In this document: one piece after another, positions 63,984 through 64,000 of the stretch
Layout of the letters: the number at the start of each line of letters is the position of its first letter
Numbering within the stretch: the first letter of the stretch is position 1
DNA from: Planctomycetia bacterium
Lineage (GTDB): Bacteria; Planctomycetota; MHYJ01; WSZJ01
DNA length: 64,000 nt
Reading direction: 5' to 3'
NCBI GenBank assembly: GCA_020849035.1
Contig: JADLHC010000130.1
Location: forward strand, 8,214-72,213
The notes under the pieces: model-generated
Seen by the model: only the letters and a program-made list of their open reading frames with translations
What the model was told of the DNA's origin: nothing
Databases searched by the model: none
Translations under genes and position numbers: made by a program

Positions 63984-64000
63984 TTCCGGTTTGACCTGGA

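Noticed and set aside
57700-64000. Prophage or integrative element call for the defence island
   Set aside because: No integrase/recombinase, tRNA, transposase, terminase or structural genes are visible inside the window. It is reported only as a compositionally distinct accessory island. The remainder beyond coordinate 64000 is unseen.
1-64000. CRISPR arrays, rRNA and tRNA genes
   Set aside because: No regularly spaced identical repeats with unique spacers were found. The tandem 8-mers are contiguous with no spacers. No tRNA-like cloverleaf segments or rRNA-like conserved stretches were noticed in the intergenic regions examined.

Overview
This is a 64 kb chromosomal window with very high GC (about 70%) from a Gram-negative-type bacterium, judged from lipoprotein signal peptides, an outer-membrane-like beta-barrel and GGAGG ribosome-binding sites. 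The lineage could not be placed, although the many ECF sigma/Ser-Thr kinase pairs and TPR proteins point to a regulator-rich, soil-type genome. Because of the GC content the six-frame track is dominated by long antisense artefacts. Genes were called only where protein-family motifs, signal peptides, ribosome-binding sites or start/stop coupling support them, and about 50 CDS are supported. No rRNA, tRNA, CRISPR array, transposase or integrase was seen.

Notable content, in order along the window:
- A poly-gamma-glutamate (PGA) synthesis locus (pgsB, pgsC, a CapA-family protein and a membrane accessory protein), with a predicted secreted outer-membrane-like beta-barrel embedded in it.
- A three-gene cluster resembling the recently described bacterial ceramide pathway: an Spt-like alpha-oxoamine synthase, a GNAT-like acyltransferase and an SDR epimerase-like reductase.
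- recQ, a CRTAC1-family protein, a GH51 arabinofuranosidase, and an ECF sigma factor followed by a very large Ser/Thr kinase.
- A tightly coupled operon encoding a secreted S8 peptidase, an 1873-aa lipoprotein that fuses S8, CARDB-like and PHP-phosphoesterase-like motifs, and a 364-aa unknown protein. An ECF-like sigma with a C-terminal extension and a TPR-CHAT protease gene lie immediately after it.
- Three paralogous TPR proteins with conserved end motifs, two of them in tandem next to a YhcG-type PD-(D/E)xK nuclease.
- A terminal defence/toxin-antitoxin island at 57.7-64 kb: two HTH-ImmA/IrrE peptidases each paired with a small protein (one PIN-like, one DUF4411), two HNH endonucleases and a DUF433/DUF5615 pair.
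- Dispersed 8-bp-period inverted tandem repeats that sit exactly between convergent genes.
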